A DNA stretch of 63,691 bases, counting the filler, from Folioceros fuciformis (taxonomy: Eukaryota), in the NCBI GenBank assembly GCA_049999805.1. It is 7 parts of 7 records of this genome, joined end to end, with 100 filler letters (N's around TTAATTAATTAA, not from the genome) between each part and the next. Parts side by side here need not be neighbours in the genome. Positions count along the whole stretch, not along the records: positions 61,720 to 63,691 come from JBNGIO010006307.1; 6 more parts are not named here. One strand, given 5' to 3'. The notes below the pieces were generated by a model that worked only from the letters and a program-made list of their open reading frames with translations, had not been told where the DNA came from and did no database searches. A program made the translations under genes and the position numbers. Position 1 is the first letter of the stretch. Each line of letters begins with the position of its first letter. Shown one piece after another: positions 61,720 through 63,691 of the stretch.

Positions 61720-63691
61720 GTGAGAAATGCACATCAGGTTGTGCAGTTGGGTATGGTTCCCAACATCACCGTGTCCGAGATCGCTGGAGCACTCCTTCAA
61801 GAGGAGTCTGCCAGGTTCAATATCGGGACTTCCAAACATGGAGGAGAGAGGGTCATGTTCGTCTCCAAAGGACGGCAATCGCAGCGTAAGAATTCTTATA
61901 ATAATAACAATTGAAGGAATAACTCCACAGGTACTTCTAAGCCTGCTTCCTCAGCACCCTCTTTGTCAAAGACACCAAGGTGGCAAGGTACGTGCAACTG
62001 GTGCCAGTCCCCAGGTCATTGGGAAAGGGGTTGCAGGAAGAAGCAAGCTGGTGAGGCCAAGCGCGAACCTCGCACGGCAAATACCGTGGTGGTTTCGACT
62101 AAGGCCAAGAACCATTCTAACCCTAGCGTTGCTCTCACTGTTTGTCTTGTGACCTTTGAGTACAAGAGTTCCTGGCTGATAGATTCTGCCGCGTCAGCGC
62201 ATATCTATAGCCACAAGTCGATGTTCGCTACGTATGCAGCGTCTGCTAATACTCGGCGTTTCGTACTACTTGGGGATGACTCTGGTCTTTCTATTGTGGG
62301 ACATGGTTCCATCACCTTCACTTTGGATGATGGTTCCTTGCTATTTCTTACTAATGTGCTACATGTTCCCCACATGGCCAAGAATCTTATCTCTGTTAGA
62401 CATATGTGCGGGACAGATCCTTTCGCCTCAACTTTGGCCCTGGAGGCTGTCTGTTATCTCGGACTTCTAACCCACGGGTTATTGTTGCTAAAGGTCGTCC
62501 TTGTCATGATTTATGTCTTTTCAAGCAAGCGCGTGCTTTCAGCGGCTGCCTCTACGGTGGTTTCCTCTCATGGAGACCAGCCTCATAGGAGCTCGCATCC
62601 AGGTGCAGCTCTCTTGTGGCATTGCCGGCTCGCGCACCTCAACCCTGCTCGATTGCTTGCCAACTCCCAGCAAGACTTGTACCAGGACAAACTTCCTAAG
62701 CTTTCGTCAACAAAGCCTCCCTGCGAAGCTTGTGTCCTTGCTAAACAGCGAAGTTCCCCTTATCCTAGGCATCTCTGGAAGGAACAACCATTTGATATTG
62801 AGTTTAATCAAGCTAGTTTAACCTATGTTAATTCTTTGGATGCTCTCTATGCCTTAAGTGTTTCTGCTGCAGAGGGAGATCCTTTAACCTTACAAGATGC
62901 TTACTCGAGACCCGAGGGAGCCAAATGGAAGCTAGCTATTGACGATGAGTACAACTCATTACTTAAAAACAACACTTAGACTTTGGTTAGTCTGCCTAAG
63001 GGTAGGACCACTGTCAAGTGCAAATGGGTTCTTAAAACTAAGTTCCAAGAAGTAGAGCCACGAATTCGCTACAAGTCGAGATTAGTAGCTAAGGGATATA
63101 GTCAAAAAGAGGGAGTGGATTATCAAGGCGATAAGGTCTACTCACCCGTCCTCAAGGCTACATCAGTTAGAATGCTCCTTGCTTTATGTGCTGAACTAAA
63201 CTTGGAGATCTATTAGCTTGATGTGTGTACAACCTTTCTCTATGGTCATCTCAAGGAAGAGATCTACATGGATCAACCCGAGGATTACGAAGATAAGGTT
63301 TGTCCACAAAAGGTGTGTAAACTTAATCGCTCAATTTATGGCCTTAAGCAAGCCCACGACTATGGTATGAGAGAATGGATTCATATCTTAAGAAAATAGG
63401 TTTTGTTCAAAGTGAAGCAAATACTAATATTTATGTGCTACGCAAGGATAGCTCACTTGTTCTAGTTGCACTCTACGTGGATGACTTAGTCATTGCAAGC
63501 AATAACGTTGAACTAGTCAACAAGATAAAAGCTAATCTCAACAGGGAATTCGAGATGAAGGACCTGGGAAAGGTTAAGTATATCGTTGGCATGCATGTAC
63601 ATAGGGATACCACAAGTGCTATCTATCTTCACCAAGGTAGATATGTAACGCAGTACGACGCGTAGGAGACAGGTAGACCAGAGCTTGTGAG
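61720..63691 (+). mobile_element. Ty1/copia gag-pol remnant with the integrase core deleted
   Basis: CNWCQSPGHWERGC, WLIDSAASAHI and LWHCRLAH..CEACVLAKQ join directly to the pre-RT DPLTLQDA, then [15 protein letters not shown] and LYVDDL. Confidence 0.93.

Overview
Gene-dense nuclear DNA of an early-diverging land plant. Short (~50-120 nt) GT-AG introns and a DYW:KP-type PPR gene suggest a hornwort; this is an inference, since ferns and lycophytes also have DYW:KP. The window is not one contiguous molecule: six identical 100-nt spacers (N44-TTAATTAATTAA-N44) join seven sequence blocks. Gene-rich blocks (1-16048 and ~31300-51002) contain an FHA protein, a PspA/Vipp1-like coiled-coil gene with a duplicated exon+intron module, a PLS-class PPR with a DYW:KP domain (candidate U-to-C organellar RNA editor), EAPP, an SCP1-like CTD phosphatase, a SEN1/MAA3-like helicase, a small DnaJ, POT1 flanked by two SRPBCC paralogues, and MEX1. 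The rest is nested, decayed Ty1/copia, Ty3/gypsy and L1 sequence. The most interesting items are the DYW:KP editor with an unusual 'DHR' terminus and a readable PPR code, a gypsy integrase ending in a PHD finger, and an intact antisense membrane-anchored ORF in a copia 3' region. Exon boundaries were read by eye, and family calls come from motif recognition, not database searches.
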